Part shown: one piece after another, positions 41,476-52,017 of the stretch
How positions within the stretch are numbered: position 1 is the first letter of the stretch
How the letters are laid out: each line of letters opens with the position of its first letter
Assembly (NCBI GenBank): GCA_000091205.1
Contig: AP006502.2
Origin: Cyanidioschyzon merolae
Lineage: Eukaryota
Length of the DNA stretch: 64,000 nucleotides
Reading direction: 5' to 3' (one strand)
The notes under the pieces: model-generated
The model's database searches: none
Seen by the model: the letters and a program-made list of their open reading frames with translations, nothing else
Told to the model about the DNA's origin: nothing
Translations under genes and position numbers: made by a program

Positions 41476-44427
41476 CTATCCCTCATGGAAATGGTATCGT
41501 TCGGAATAGTCCAAGAGCCGCATCGCAACCAGGTAACGTTTGTTGCGAATCTGCTCGATCAAGAATCTGTAGAGGTCGCAGAAGCGATCCCGACCAAAAA
41601 CTGCCAGCACGCCCAGTTGAAGCATGATGTACGCGATGTGTAAGAGCACGAATATCCCCGACTGAGTGGATTCGTGACCAGGCAGCGCTTGAAACAGAAG
41701 AGGCAGCATCGCAATGCAAGCAGTAAAGATACATATTCGTAGAAGATTCGTAAACACGAGTACTGGGGCCGCACCTCGCCGAAAGATGAGTCTTTCGGGA
41801 AGAATACAATCGGCAAGAGCCGGATGTTCGCTCGGACTTGTTCCTCGTGGACGGAAGAGCGCTGGCCAGAGCACCCTTTGCGGCAAAAACCCGCGCAGCC
41901 ACGTCTGCACCCAGCGAGCGAAGGATACATCGCTGCTTGGAACGGTAGCCAACAGTGCGAAGTTGCGCTCCATGATGCACCCGAGCAAATACGGTAAGAG
42001 TACGAGCCATATGACCGAAGCACCCGCTATTGCGAGAAACTGCGTCATGTGTTCCGCCACAGACACCGAAAGAGCGAGCAGATCACCGCGCTGATAGGTC
42101 TGGTAGACAGTACGCGCAGCGGTCGCAATGATACCAATACACGTTAAGCTCAGAACATAGAGCATCAGGTCATTGATCTCGGCAAGTGTATCACCAGCCA
42201 GTACATGCAAGTAAGTAGAGACAGCTCGACCTATGACAAGCGGAATCGCCAGCACAAGTGCAATGCTGCAGCTCATAAATACGAACCAGAGCACAGCGAA
42301 GAGCACGATCCGCACTGGCAACAGTGATCCTCGCGAGGAGAAAGCAGGAACCTGCGGTTCCGGGACAGAGGTGACGTCAGCCGGAGTCGGGCTCTCGGTG
42401 CGCTGCGGTGTCGGGCGCATCACGAGATGCTGCAGGCCTAGCAAACGGCTGCTGTGGTGTGTCCAGAAAGCGACCACTTCTTGAGTGATCGATCGGAGTG
42501 GTGCCAGTCGAGTCAAACCCGACAGGAACAAACCGATAACTGTGGCGCACAGGGCGATATCCCAACCGGAACCGAGCCCTGAAACCAAACGCAAGGGAAA
42601 GACGTTCGGGCTGAACCATAGCACCATTTGCGTGGGTGCGTAGACCGTCAGCCCAATCACGGGAACGTAGAGTGCGGTGGAAAACCCCAGACGACGCAGA
42701 TGAAACCGCAGAGGTCGCGTGACGATCTCCCTCAAGGGATCAAAGTCGGGATCGTTCGGGTCTCGCAGAAAGCGCAGCAACCGGGGATGCAGAACCTCTC
42801 GCAGAATGCCAATAAGCACTGACAGGCCCGAGATGTACAGGATGCCGATGGTCCAGTGAATCAGCACATTTCTCGTGTCGGTTTCGAGGATCGATCGGAA
42901 GCGCACCTCCACGGTTCCAAGGCCCGACGGAAACGCAAACAAGTCCACAGCCATACCGAACACCAATGGAAGCATGATGAACTCAAGCATCATCACCAGA
43001 ATCGCTCTCGCTGTGACCTGGACGAAGGTAAGAATCCAGAGGGTGTTCCGAAAACGTTGCCAGCGCGCCGTGCCTCCTCTGACGTGGACGCGCTCCAGCA
43101 AGCGTATGCAACTCAAGATGAGACCCAGGAAGACCACGTATCCGATACAAATACTGTAAATGCTCGGAACGTTTCTCGATGAGGCAGATACCGCTGCGCC
43201 GGTGTCTAGAAGAGAACGCGGAACATCATCATCGGCGATCAGACGTACCCAGTGCACCAGAGGTAGCGTTAAGCACTTGAGGACAGGCCCCTTAAGCCGG
43301 AAAACCAGTGAGAGAACAAAGCGGCCCAGCAGCAGCGGGGACACAGCGAAAACATCGATGACCACCGCGTTACTAATCACGACGATGATCACATTCGTCA
43401 GCAGATTGACAAGCGGGCCTTTCAGTCCAAGCACTTCTGACAAAGTAAGGTCTTCGCCGCTGTCATGCTCAAGGAAAGAGAAAAGCCCAGGAGCGTTAGG
43501 TTCCGTCGTCCACTGCGTTTCTTGGGGGCTTGGCGCTGCCGACGGTGCTGTCCGCCCTTCTCCTGCAGGCGTGCTCGTCATCGAAGAAGGCCAGGAATCA
43601 TCGCTCTCTTCAGAGCCGCCTGCATCATCTTCGATACCTGCCATCGAGCCTAGACTACGCTCCTCTGTCAACGGGAACTGCGTGCCTGCCGCAGGCACTG
43701 CAATGCCCTGCCTCGCCCAGAGAGACCGCCGCCGGTGAAGAGGATGCGGCACTCGACGAGCGTAACCCGTTTGCCCCACACGACGGTTTGTCAGGGACTG
43801 GAGTGTTCGGCGCGACTCCTCGCGACCGTGCTCTTGGATGGCGTTCAGTCCGAGGCACGCGAGAAAAATCAGGATACACAAAACCAGACCTAACGACAGC
43901 CGAGTCACGATCGTCGATAAGTTTCCGACGTTTTTAATCTGTTCAAGATCTGTCCAACTCTTCGAGAACCCAGCGTACCAAATGATCCAGGTAGCGTACG
44001 GCACGACGAGCAGCCACGCCGCAGCGACCAGCGAGGCACGAGCCAGCCGAGCGTAGCCGGACGCAACAAGGTCGCTCAGACCCCAGAAAAGATCCGCCAA
44101 CCTCAGCGTGGTCGGTGCATCCGCTCGATAGACGGGCTCAAAGCGATACGCTGTTCCACAGAGTTCGCAGTGCGAGTACCCGGTCGTTCTTAGCCAAACG
44201 TGCAAGCAGTCTTCGTGGACGTACCGAACGGACCCGGCGCACTTGCAGGGACTTCGCAGTGGCCGATGGAGCTCACCAGGCTCTCGGCATATTCGACACT
44301 CCTCATCCGTCATCAGTGTATAACGAACACCCAGACTGCACTCTGAACACAGTCCGCTGGTGTTTCTGTGGAGCGTGCGTCCCCAAAGCAGAACGCTTTG
44401 TTCTGGTCGAATAACAGGAACGTTCAC
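41476..44427 (-). CDS. Doa10/TEB4(MARCH6)-type ER membrane E3 ubiquitin ligase with N-terminal RING-CH finger
   Basis: N-terminal RING-CH (C4HC3) at ~44160-44300: 'CRICREPGELHRPLRSPCKCAGSVRYVHEDCLHVWLRTTGYSHCELCGTAY'. It is followed by >10 predicted TM helices over 983 aa, the typical Doa10 architecture. A TD-like segment 'WTIGILYISGLSVLIGILREVLHPRLL' is also present. Confidence 0.8.
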   Translation of the reverse strand: MNVPVIRPEQSVLLWGRTLHRNTSGLCSECSLGVRYTLMTDEECRICREPGELHRPLRSPCKCAGSVRYVHEDCLHVWLRTTGYSHCELCGTAYRFEPVYRADAPTTLRLADLFWGLSDLVASGYARLARASLVAAAWLLVVPYATWIIWYAGFSKSWTDLEQIKNVGNLSTIVTRLSLGLVLCILIFLACLGLNAIQEHGREESRRTLQSLTNRRVGQTGYARRVPHPLHRRRSLWARQGIAVPAAGTQFPLTEERSLGSMAGIEDDAGGSEESDDSWPSSMTSTPAGEGRTAPSAAPSPQETQWTTEPNAPGLFSFLEHDSGEDLTLSEVLGLKGPLVNLLTNVIIVVISNAVVIDVFAVSPLLLGRFVLSLVFRLKGPVLKCLTLPLVHWVRLIADDDVPRSLLDTGAAVSASSRNVPSIYSICIGYVVFLGLILSCIRLLERVHVRGGTARWQRFRNTLWILTFVQVTARAILVMMLEFIMLPLVFGMAVDLFAFPSGLGTVEVRFRSILETDTRNVLIHWTIGILYISGLSVLIGILREVLHPRLLRFLRDPNDPDFDPLREIVTRPLRFHLRRLGFSTALYVPVIGLTVYAPTQMVLWFSPNVFPLRLVSGLGSGWDIALCATVIGLFLSGLTRLAPLRSITQEVVAFWTHHSSRLLGLQHLVMRPTPQRTESPTPADVTSVPEPQVPAFSSRGSLLPVRIVLFAVLWFVFMSCSIALVLAIPLVIGRAVSTYLHVLAGDTLAEINDLMLYVLSLTCIGIIATAARTVYQTYQRGDLLALSVSVAEHMTQFLAIAGASVIWLVLLPYLLGCIMERNFALLATVPSSDVSFARWVQTWLRGFLPQRVLWPALFRPRGTSPSEHPALADCILPERLIFRRGAAPVLVFTNLLRICIFTACIAMLPLLFQALPGHESTQSGIFVLLHIAYIMLQLGVLAVFGRDRFCDLYRFLIEQIRNKRYLVAMRLLDYSERYHFHEG

Positions 44428-47077
44428 GAGAGCGAGACAAGGCCGCTGCCGTGCCGCTATCTAGTGCACCGCGCAGCTTTGACCAGAGCTGTTGCCGCAA
44501 GTACCTTGTGACTGCAAAGCGCTTGACGCTGCAACACTTCGACGCTAACACCTAATAGGTGCCCGTGTATGCCACAGAGTTGATGCTTGGACGCTCACAG
44601 CGTAGAGACCGCGAACGGTGTCGTCTCTTCTCCCCTAGGAGCGCTCTCGCTGCAACACCGTCGTGCCCTTGAAGGCGCACACAGCACGTTATGCAGACCG
44701 AGGATGCCGGGTGGGTGCTCTTATCGCACGTTGTTCCTGGGGACAGAGGGATTCTGGGAGCGTGCTTGAAGAGATTGGTGGGAGCATCGACAGCCGCGCC
44801 TGGACGCTGGGCAAGTGCACCTGTGCTGCTAGCTGCGCTTTGACGACTTGCTTGCTGCGAACTGGACGAGTGCACCAGAGCAGGGCTCTTCTGTTCTTCG
44901 GGGGTTTTCAGTTGCTCCGACTTTGGCAAGTGAACTGGTGAGCAGTCCAGCAGAAGACTTTATTGCTCTGTCTGGCTTGCAGTTGTCCCTGTGTACCTGG
45001 ACGGTACTCGATTAGCGGCACGCAGCAGGGCACGCGTTCAGCACGAAAGACGGCCTGTGCGAACGAATGCTCTAGAAGCTTGCGCACTCGCCTGCCTCAC
45101 ACGCTCAGCTGTTATTTCACGGTGGACGTCAACGGGCATTGCGGCGACAGAGGAACGGAGTAGGGTCAATGCGCTGGCCTAGTGAGTTTGACGTGCTCTT
45201 CGAACGAGTGCCCTTCTTCTCGGGTGCTTTGTTCCACACACATACGCACCACATGGGATCTGTATGCGGACGGACTCGAATGTAATCGATCTCAGGATGT
45301 ATCGATAGCATCCCATTCTGCCGCTATTGCAACCAAGTTTGGCTGGTATCCATCGCATGTCGTCGCTGTGCAGCGTTCACAAGAAAAGTGGCTGGCCTCG
45401 ATCAACGCTACTCCCAAGTTGCCACCGCGGGCGTGAGCTCCCACGCACACCGCTCTCACAGGTTGCAGCAGTAGGCACTGAAGGTTCGAAGGCACCAAAT
45501 ATCTGGAGGTTCAGGTCCGTGAACAGGCTTTATCACTCTGGTATGTAAAGGGTTGGTTCGAATTCATTGCGCAAACATCGGGTACGCTGAAATGGATTAG
45601 ACGGAACTGTATCTGTGATTGTCTCGGGTATACGCGCGCACATATCAAAGCGTTCCATGATGTCAGTGTCAGATCAGAGTGGAGCACTGAACTGCACGCA
45701 CGCTTCGTTATTTTCGATTCCTTTCCGACCTCATGTTTTCGGTGCACAGCCATAACAATCAAAGTCCAGGAATAAGGACGAATTGATTGATGAGCAGTGT
45801 TGAGATTCCCGGCCGACTGTTTAGACTGGATTCGTCGACGCTGCGCCATTGGCATTCGCGACGTAATGGTTACCAATATGGTGCGCTACCTACCCGAAGC
45901 TGGGCACGTAGAATTAGCGAAATTATTATCCACTTCATACGCTCAAGCATCCACTCTTCTGCTTTCCCTTACGTTGAGCACGCTCAAATCACGCAGTCTT
46001 CTTGAATTACTGGATCTTTTTGTTTCAAGGCATCTGCACATAAATATTCGCTTCGATGCATTGATGAGGAGAACAAAGAATCTGGATGTCATCCTTTGAT
46101 GGCTCGTCCATAAAGCCATGCCGAAAACTCACTCCGCTTGACACATCAAATGATCCATGTCGTTCGAAAGAGAAAGTCTCCTCTCGTTGTGGCCATCGAC
46201 GAAATGCGATTACACGACGGTCTGAGACCCCTGCATGGAATACGGGCTCAGGGGCCGCGTCTCTTCTGCTTGCATGGAAAAGATTTTTGGACTCGGACTT
46301 TACTCATCGGACCGATTCCTTCCTTTGTAGATTTCGTCATTGCTTTGGAGGAAATTAGTGTGGATGCATGGAGATTTTTCGACTTGTGTCCCAGTTTGAA
46401 TTCCGCTTCTGGTACTTGTTTCATCATTTATAGCTTTGCGTTCCCCAAATTCTCCATCGAATGGAACAGCATGCACTTGCGTGAGCAGCGGACAGCGTAC
46501 TCGCCGAGGGCGTCGCTCAAAACACACGCCCCGGATCGTAGAATACGGGATGGGGCACATCAACGGAAGACGGCTTTGATGGGATCCCGCAGTACCCGTC
46601 AATTGCATGTGCCAAGCGATGCAGCAATGTGTTTCATACCACTGGGCTGCACGAGGAGCCTACGCGGTCGACATCCGGTAACTCCCGACAGCAGCCAAGT
46701 ATCACCGCTGGAAAGCGCGCATCGAGGCTGTGTACTAGACACGTGAAGCATGGCAAGCGATGCATTCATCGTAATTTCGGTGGCGGCATGAAATGCGTCA
46801 TCAGCAATGGAAAACCGAAACATCCGATCTTGAACGATACCTTCAACGTCGTCCGACTGCGGACAACGAATCTCGTGCGAACGGTGAGATCGGCGTACGT
46901 CTAGCCAGAGATTAGAGAGAAGAAAAGCAAGCAGTCGCACCAAAAGGCCACAAATGCTTGTGTTCGTGATACTGGGAAGAGACCCAGATTTTACTGTATG
47001 TGTCTGTGTGTGTGTGTGCCCAGTTAAGACGGCCTGGTCCAATTTATTCTGGCATGGATATGGGCAGATCAACGCTT

Positions 47078-47806
47078 TCAAAGTTCAACGAGGCGCAGAT
47101 CAGTCTCGTGTGAAGATGATGGCATGCTGGGCAGGCTCCGCATGCCGGGCGATCGCGCCGATCCTCGGCGGCTTTTCCGCGAGCGCGCGTCGCGTATCCG
47201 ACTCGAACTCGGGACGTGACTCGTTGCCATATCCGTTGATGCTCCAGGGTGTTGGATATCTGTTGGCAAGACGGCGTCGTAATGCTGATTTTCGTAGTAA
47301 GCAAGCCGAAGCACCCGCTGGACGGGGCCGTCTGAGTGACGGATACGGTACGACGGCGCGTCCAGAAGATAAATGATCATCTCCGACTCGAGCATTGCGC
47401 TCAGGGCGTGAACCTCGAGATGGCCAGCCCAGACCCCGTCGACACGCATCTTTTTCACGTACCCGTCAAAGTCGACAACTGCGTTGCAGCCGGTTCCTAG
47501 TGCCTCCGCCTCCAGGTAGGGTGCGTAGACCTTGCGGTTTTCACACAGGTAGTCGCACACCCGTTGTCGTAGTTTCATATGGTCGCAAATGTCTCGAGGG
47601 GCATGATTCCGACCTAGAATCTGAAACTGAACAGCACATGCGCGAAAGAAACAGTTTCCATCTCCAGGCACAGGCAGCAGTCGCATTCCAAGCGGTGCCA
47701 ACAAGCGGTTGAACTGCCTAGCCGCAGGTCCCGCACGGTTCGCCCTACGACTCTCCTTCGACGGAAGGTCCCTTCGTCTACGACCCATATCAAGTTTAGG
47801 AAGCAC
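47078..47806 (-). CDS. OTU-domain cysteine protease (deubiquitinase-like)
   Basis: Cys box 'LLPVPGDGNCFFRACAVQ', His box 'YENQHYDAV' near the C-terminus, and Asp upstream of the Cys ('GMRLLPVPGDGNC'). Confidence 0.75.
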   Translation of the reverse strand: MLPKLDMGRRRRDLPSKESRRANRAGPAARQFNRLLAPLGMRLLPVPGDGNCFFRACAVQFQILGRNHAPRDICDHMKLRQRVCDYLCENRKVYAPYLEAEALGTGCNAVVDFDGYVKKMRVDGVWAGHLEVHALSAMLESEMIIYLLDAPSYRIRHSDGPVQRVLRLAYYENQHYDAVLPTDIQHPGASTDMATSHVPSSSRIRDARSRKSRRGSARSPGMRSLPSMPSSSHETDLRLVEL

Positions 47807-48671
47807 TCAAAGCGATTCTATATATTGGTACTTCAGCTTGAAGCATTTAGCGGGTATTTCTCGCGAGAAAAGGGAGCGTCACTAGGAAAAGCTGCCTATG
47901 CGGTGTTGCTTCTGACCGGCACTGCGGCTGGGCAACGCTGCAGAACGCGCAAGATCGACGCGCGGGAACGCAATCGATGAACACGTCGTCGCTGCGCGTC
48001 TTCAAGTTGCATCTGAAGATGGACTCCCTGGTGCGTCTTCAAGTCGTCATGGCGCATCCAGGGGAATCTGACGGGTTCTATTGCTCTCTGAAGATTAAAA
48101 TATCGATTTTGACTATACACCTCGTGGTGCCGCTTCGGCATGTACAGCGCTGAAGCGTCTTCGGATCCGCGGAGCGATGTCTTTCTCTAAGGTAATTCGC
48201 GATCGCAATGGCGCATCCGTGGAAGGATTCGATTGATTTCATCGTTCGTGGACCGGGAGAATCTCGATCGCAAGAGTATACCAAGAACGTCCGAGCTTCA
48301 TTTCATGGAAATTTGTTCTTCGATTCCATGCACTGCTATTCTTTAGCGACTGATGAGCAATTCAGGGATAACGAATGTTTACAGCGCGTCGAATTGCGGA
48401 CGGAACGATTCCACTAGCGCGCGTACATGCAAGGTTTGCGGGACAGTTCGTGCAACGTTGCTTTCAGGCACGCACCGAGGCCGACGATCAAGAGCTCATT
48501 TCTGAACTTGGTGCTTTCGAGTCTCTATAGGGTATATGAGGACTGTGGCATGCCATGGAAAGTCGCAGCGCGAGCGTTCGCTTTCGTGTATTCAGCGCGC
48601 ACTAGCGACAATGCTTCCAGACGATGAAGGTTTGTTCAGAATACCGCGCAACGTCCATGAACACGTTGCTT

Positions 48672-49769
48672 TCAGCGCCGGCAAGTTGGCCATTTGCCGG
48701 GCGTGTCCGCAGTGGCAAGTGTTGTGGGCGAAAAGTCCTCGTCGCTCTTCAGCGCGCGCCCCGAGCCATTTTCAAACTTTTCAATACCCCTGAGAGTGGC
48801 ACATTCCAAGTAATCCATGCTCGTGAGCGTCCTCCTTTCCCTGCTTACAGCTGGGGTGCGGCACGATTCGCCGGCTTCAAACTGGGATACCATTTGTCTC
48901 TTGCAGGATCCGTCGCCACAAACGGAAAGACTCGGCGCATTGAGGGCGTCGAGCCTGCCAGAGGGATTCATCAAACTCTGGGATGGAGAATGGACCCATG
49001 GCGCATGTGCGGCGAGCGCTGTCGACTCCGTGTCGAAGATTGACTCCCTGCGACTGCTTTTCCGTGCCAATGGCACAGTTTGGTGCCCAGTTGCGGAGGT
49101 GACGCACTCAGATGCGCATCTTTCCATGGACTGCGAGGATAACGCGGTCGCAGACTGTTCACTGCCATATCTTCGAGTCGATGGCGACACGCGCTGGTTC
49201 CGCTGAGATCGCCGGACGCGCGCGCGGCGATTGTTGAACCAGGTGGTTAGTTTTGCCTCCGGTTGCTGAAATGCTCGAGCGAGACGCTGAATATCATCGC
49301 GAGATGGATACTGGTTCTCCGCATACACTGCCTTTAGCACCTGTTGTTGCTCCGGAGTGAATATTCGGGCACCTTTTTTGGTGGACGTAAACGGTTTCGG
49401 CCGACTCTGGCGGGAACTTTTTCGCTCAGGCTCGAAGTGTCGGTACTCGTCATGCGCAGTATCAGCCCCGCGCCCACCAATAGCTCCATGCGTATCCCGA
49501 GGCGATACGGGATCCGGTTTATCCCACTGGCATGCGGGTTCCGCAATCTCCATGGATTGCGGCGTCTGTGCTACAGCCACAGCAGCGGTTGCGATCATCT
49601 CGAGTCCTTTGAAGCTTTGATCGAACCGTCCAGGCAGTCGGGTCTCTCGAAGTCGATTTTGGTAGTCGAGGTTCATATCCTGCGTCGTAAACGCACCGAT
49701 TTGCAGTCCCGGGCTTCCGACTACAACTGTCCTTGTCTCGGGGAGCCCGCGGTTACCATCGCTCGACAT
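48672..49769 (-). CDS. Homeodomain transcription factor (classic 60-aa, non-TALE homeobox)
   Basis: 'KKGARIFTPEQQQVLKAVYAENQYPSRDDIQRLARAFQQPEAKLTTWFNNRRARVRRSQ' at ~49200-49380 fits the homeodomain consensus, with helix 3 'WFNNRRAR'. The rest of the protein is low-complexity. Confidence 0.7.
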   Translation of the reverse strand: MSSDGNRGLPETRTVVVGSPGLQIGAFTTQDMNLDYQNRLRETRLPGRFDQSFKGLEMIATAAVAVAQTPQSMEIAEPACQWDKPDPVSPRDTHGAIGGRGADTAHDEYRHFEPERKSSRQSRPKPFTSTKKGARIFTPEQQQVLKAVYAENQYPSRDDIQRLARAFQQPEAKLTTWFNNRRARVRRSQRNQRVSPSTRRYGSEQSATALSSQSMERCASECVTSATGHQTVPLARKSSRRESIFDTESTALAAHAPWVHSPSQSLMNPSGRLDALNAPSLSVCGDGSCKRQMVSQFEAGESCRTPAVSRERRTLTSMDYLECATLRGIEKFENGSGRALKSDEDFSPTTLATADTPGKWPTCRR

Positions 49770-50130
49770 TCTGCAGGGTGTTTTCGGGATCAGGGACGCA
49801 ATAGGATCCGTCGCATTCGCCGTCGGATACCCGCAATCCTGGTGACGTCAACTAAGTGTTACCGTTAGCTGACGCCTTCAGAACACCGAACCCAAGGTTT
49901 GTGTCCTCCACTATGTGACGCCACGCTCTAAAATGCACGTCACCGCCGAGTGACGATGGATGAGAGGTGCCTCTTAGAAAAAGAATTCGATACGCACCTC
50001 TCTTCCAGCAGCCATGCTCTACACAGATACGAAACACATGCATGGACAAACAAGGCAGTGCGCGCGCCATCGCATGCATGCATGCGTGCGCGCGCACGTG
50101 CGTGTATACACGCACGTCGATGAAACACCG

Positions 50131-50132
<2 letters not shown>

Positions 50133-50162
<30 letters not shown>
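50133..50162. repeat. (GCT)10 microsatellite adjacent to an alternating purine-pyrimidine (GC/AT) tract
   Basis: 'gctgctgctgctgctgctgctgctgctgct' is preceded at ~50040-50120 by 'catgcatgg...gcatgcatgcatgcgtgcgcgcgcacgtgcgtgtatacacgcacg'. Confidence 0.85.
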
Positions 50163-50165
<3 letters not shown>

Positions 50166-50674
50166 CAATGAGCATTCGCCTTCAATGCATAGACCGCTAA
50201 TGTACAAGGTGCTGATTGATGCAGGCCCGTGTTCACAGTCCTAAACGTACGAGCAGCTACGTTTCCTGGTACACAAGTGCGCTTCCATGGGATCCGATGC
50301 AGACGTCTACTCCCTACACCGATCGCCCGGCAATGCTGAATACCGCGTCTGACGGAGCACTCTGTATCGATTTGCACGGATTCCGAGCCTTCGTTTGCAA
50401 CAGCTGCCGTGCTATGCGCTCCATATATAGAGGGGCGCTCGAAACTCCAAACCATTTGCGTCGCCAAGCATTTGTAGTTTCATGCGACAACGCGTGCATT
50501 CCAGTATATCGCACAAATGCAGTACATCAACTGACTCGATACCGCTTCCACATCCCCAAAACCAGATGCTGGTACCTGCTTCGTTCAAGCTCGATGTGTA
50601 CCTTACCAATGAACAGCCTCGATGGTACGTTACCCCATGTCACAGGGCATGCGACGCAGGTGATCACGAACTTA

Positions 50675-51241
50675 TCAGAACGTATGGTTGCTTTCGGGCA
50701 AGAACCTGATGGAAAACAGCGATCGCGACACATATTCGCTTGCGTCTGCCGGTGGTGCCTGATGTGCATCGACTCGGCAGGGGAAACCACTTGCTGTCAG
50801 TACTCCTTGAACGATGCCCGCTATGAGCGCATTGCAGTTCAAGCCTTCCAGTTCCGTTGGCACGCTGATGAAACGAGCGAACAGCATCGTATTGTCCACA
50901 ATAATATACTCGTTCTCCTTGTCTTTCACTCGCTCCAGCGAGTCAGCAAACTTGCCGAAAAGGAAGCGCCATACTGTCGTGGTGGTGAAGCGCAGCGCAC
51001 CAAGAACGTCGATTTCCCTTCGGGTGAACTTTTCTCGAAGCCACACCAGTTCCAGTACTCGTCGACCGATTTGTTGGCCAAGGTCCAGCAGTCGCTCCTC
51101 TAGCTCAGCGATGGAGTCGACTCTGTTCTGAAAATACGATATCGTCTCTGCAAAGAGCAGCGCGAACACGGAAAAGTGCGCCGACTGGTTTCGCCGAGCT
51201 TGCAGGAAGGGTACCGGCAGTGCCATTGCTGTAGTGCTCAT
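50675..51241 (-). CDS. TRAPPC5: TRAPP complex subunit 5 (TRAPPC5/Trs31)
   Basis: 'HFSVFALLFAETISYFQNRVDSIAELEERLLDLGQQIGRRVLEL...LGALRF...VWRFLFGKFADSLE...YIIVDN...LNCNALIAGIVQGVLTASGFPCRVDAH' aligns with TRAPPC5 'SAFALLFSELVQYCQSRV.SVAELQSRL..LG.QVG.RVLD...LGAL.F...VWKALFGKEADKLE...YIIE....LNCASFTAGIVEAVLTHSGFPAKVTAH'. Confidence 0.8.
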   Translation of the reverse strand: MSTTAMALPVPFLQARRNQSAHFSVFALLFAETISYFQNRVDSIAELEERLLDLGQQIGRRVLELVWLREKFTRREIDVLGALRFTTTTVWRFLFGKFADSLERVKDKENEYIIVDNTMLFARFISVPTELEGLNCNALIAGIVQGVLTASGFPCRVDAHQAPPADASEYVSRSLFSIRFLPESNHTF

Positions 51242-51411
51242 CAGTAACGAACTTTGCCGGCTGTGTCAACGCACAGTTTTGGGCAAGGCGCCCGTGAGGA
51301 ACAGCCACGCGGCAGGCGCGGTCAGCGTACCGTCTGGAACGTCCAACGCAAGCGCCACGGCAGACACGCGTTCGACTTCCAGCCGGTGCCGCTACCGAGA
51401 ACGTTTCCCCT

Positions 51412-51792
51412 GTGGGGCAGAATATTCCTGTCGACTACTTTGCAGCACACGAGTATACCAGTGTAGTTCTTGGACACGTGGAACGCTGGGGCTCGCTGAG
51501 CAAAGACACCATGGTACTCTCTACCGAAGAAGCGTCGAAGCAAGTCTCGACACCGTACCCGCCGATCGATCCGAACCCGTCATTCACACGTGTGTTGCTC
51601 AACTTCAAACCCAAGGAGTACGCCGTCGTTGTTGCATCGGCTGCAGGCTCTGCTTTTTTCGGGTACTTGGCGGGTCACCCAGTACGTGTGCCGTCCACGT
51701 ACTGCGCTACAGCCATCGGGACACTGGGGGGCTTTTGCTATTCGTTTCGTGCTTCACTGGGTCGGCTTCTCGGTTTCGAGCCGAATAACTAG
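51412..51792 (+). CDS. Small hypothetical protein with Gly/Ala-rich predicted membrane helices (Tim17/NDUFA11-like glycine zipper?)
   Basis: 126-aa ORF transcribed divergently from TRAPPC5, with the ORF starts ~170 bp apart. 'YAVVVASAAGSAFFGYLAGHPVRVPSTYCATAIGTLGGFCYSFRASLGRLLGF' looks like small GxxxG membrane proteins of the mitochondrial inner membrane. No specific family is recognised. Confidence 0.3.
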   Translation: MGQNIPVDYFAAHEYTSVVLGHVERWGSLSKDTMVLSTEEASKQVSTPYPPIDPNPSFTRVLLNFKPKEYAVVVASAAGSAFFGYLAGHPVRVPSTYCATAIGTLGGFCYSFRASLGRLLGFEPNN

Positions 51793-52017
51793 TGCTATGC
51801 ATAAGATCGTCTGTCGACTACGTATCACGAGGCTGGGTTTTCAGTTTCAGGCCGAATGACCTGTGCTTTACGCAACGCCGGGCATAGGCTAGGAATCACT
51901 GAGCTCCTTTTATGCTTTGCAGAACGCTTCGGAGGTTCAGCCCGGAGCTTCAAGCACAAGCGTTCGTGCTTGTGTGTCGAGCGCTACAGACCCGAAGCAA
52001 CCGCTCCAGGGAACCAG

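Noticed and set aside
45540-45570. tRNA-like T-arm motif 'ggttcgaattc'
   Set aside because: No acceptor stem, D-arm or anticodon-arm pairing could be built around it, so it is likely a chance occurrence. I could not scan the window systematically for tRNAs by eye.
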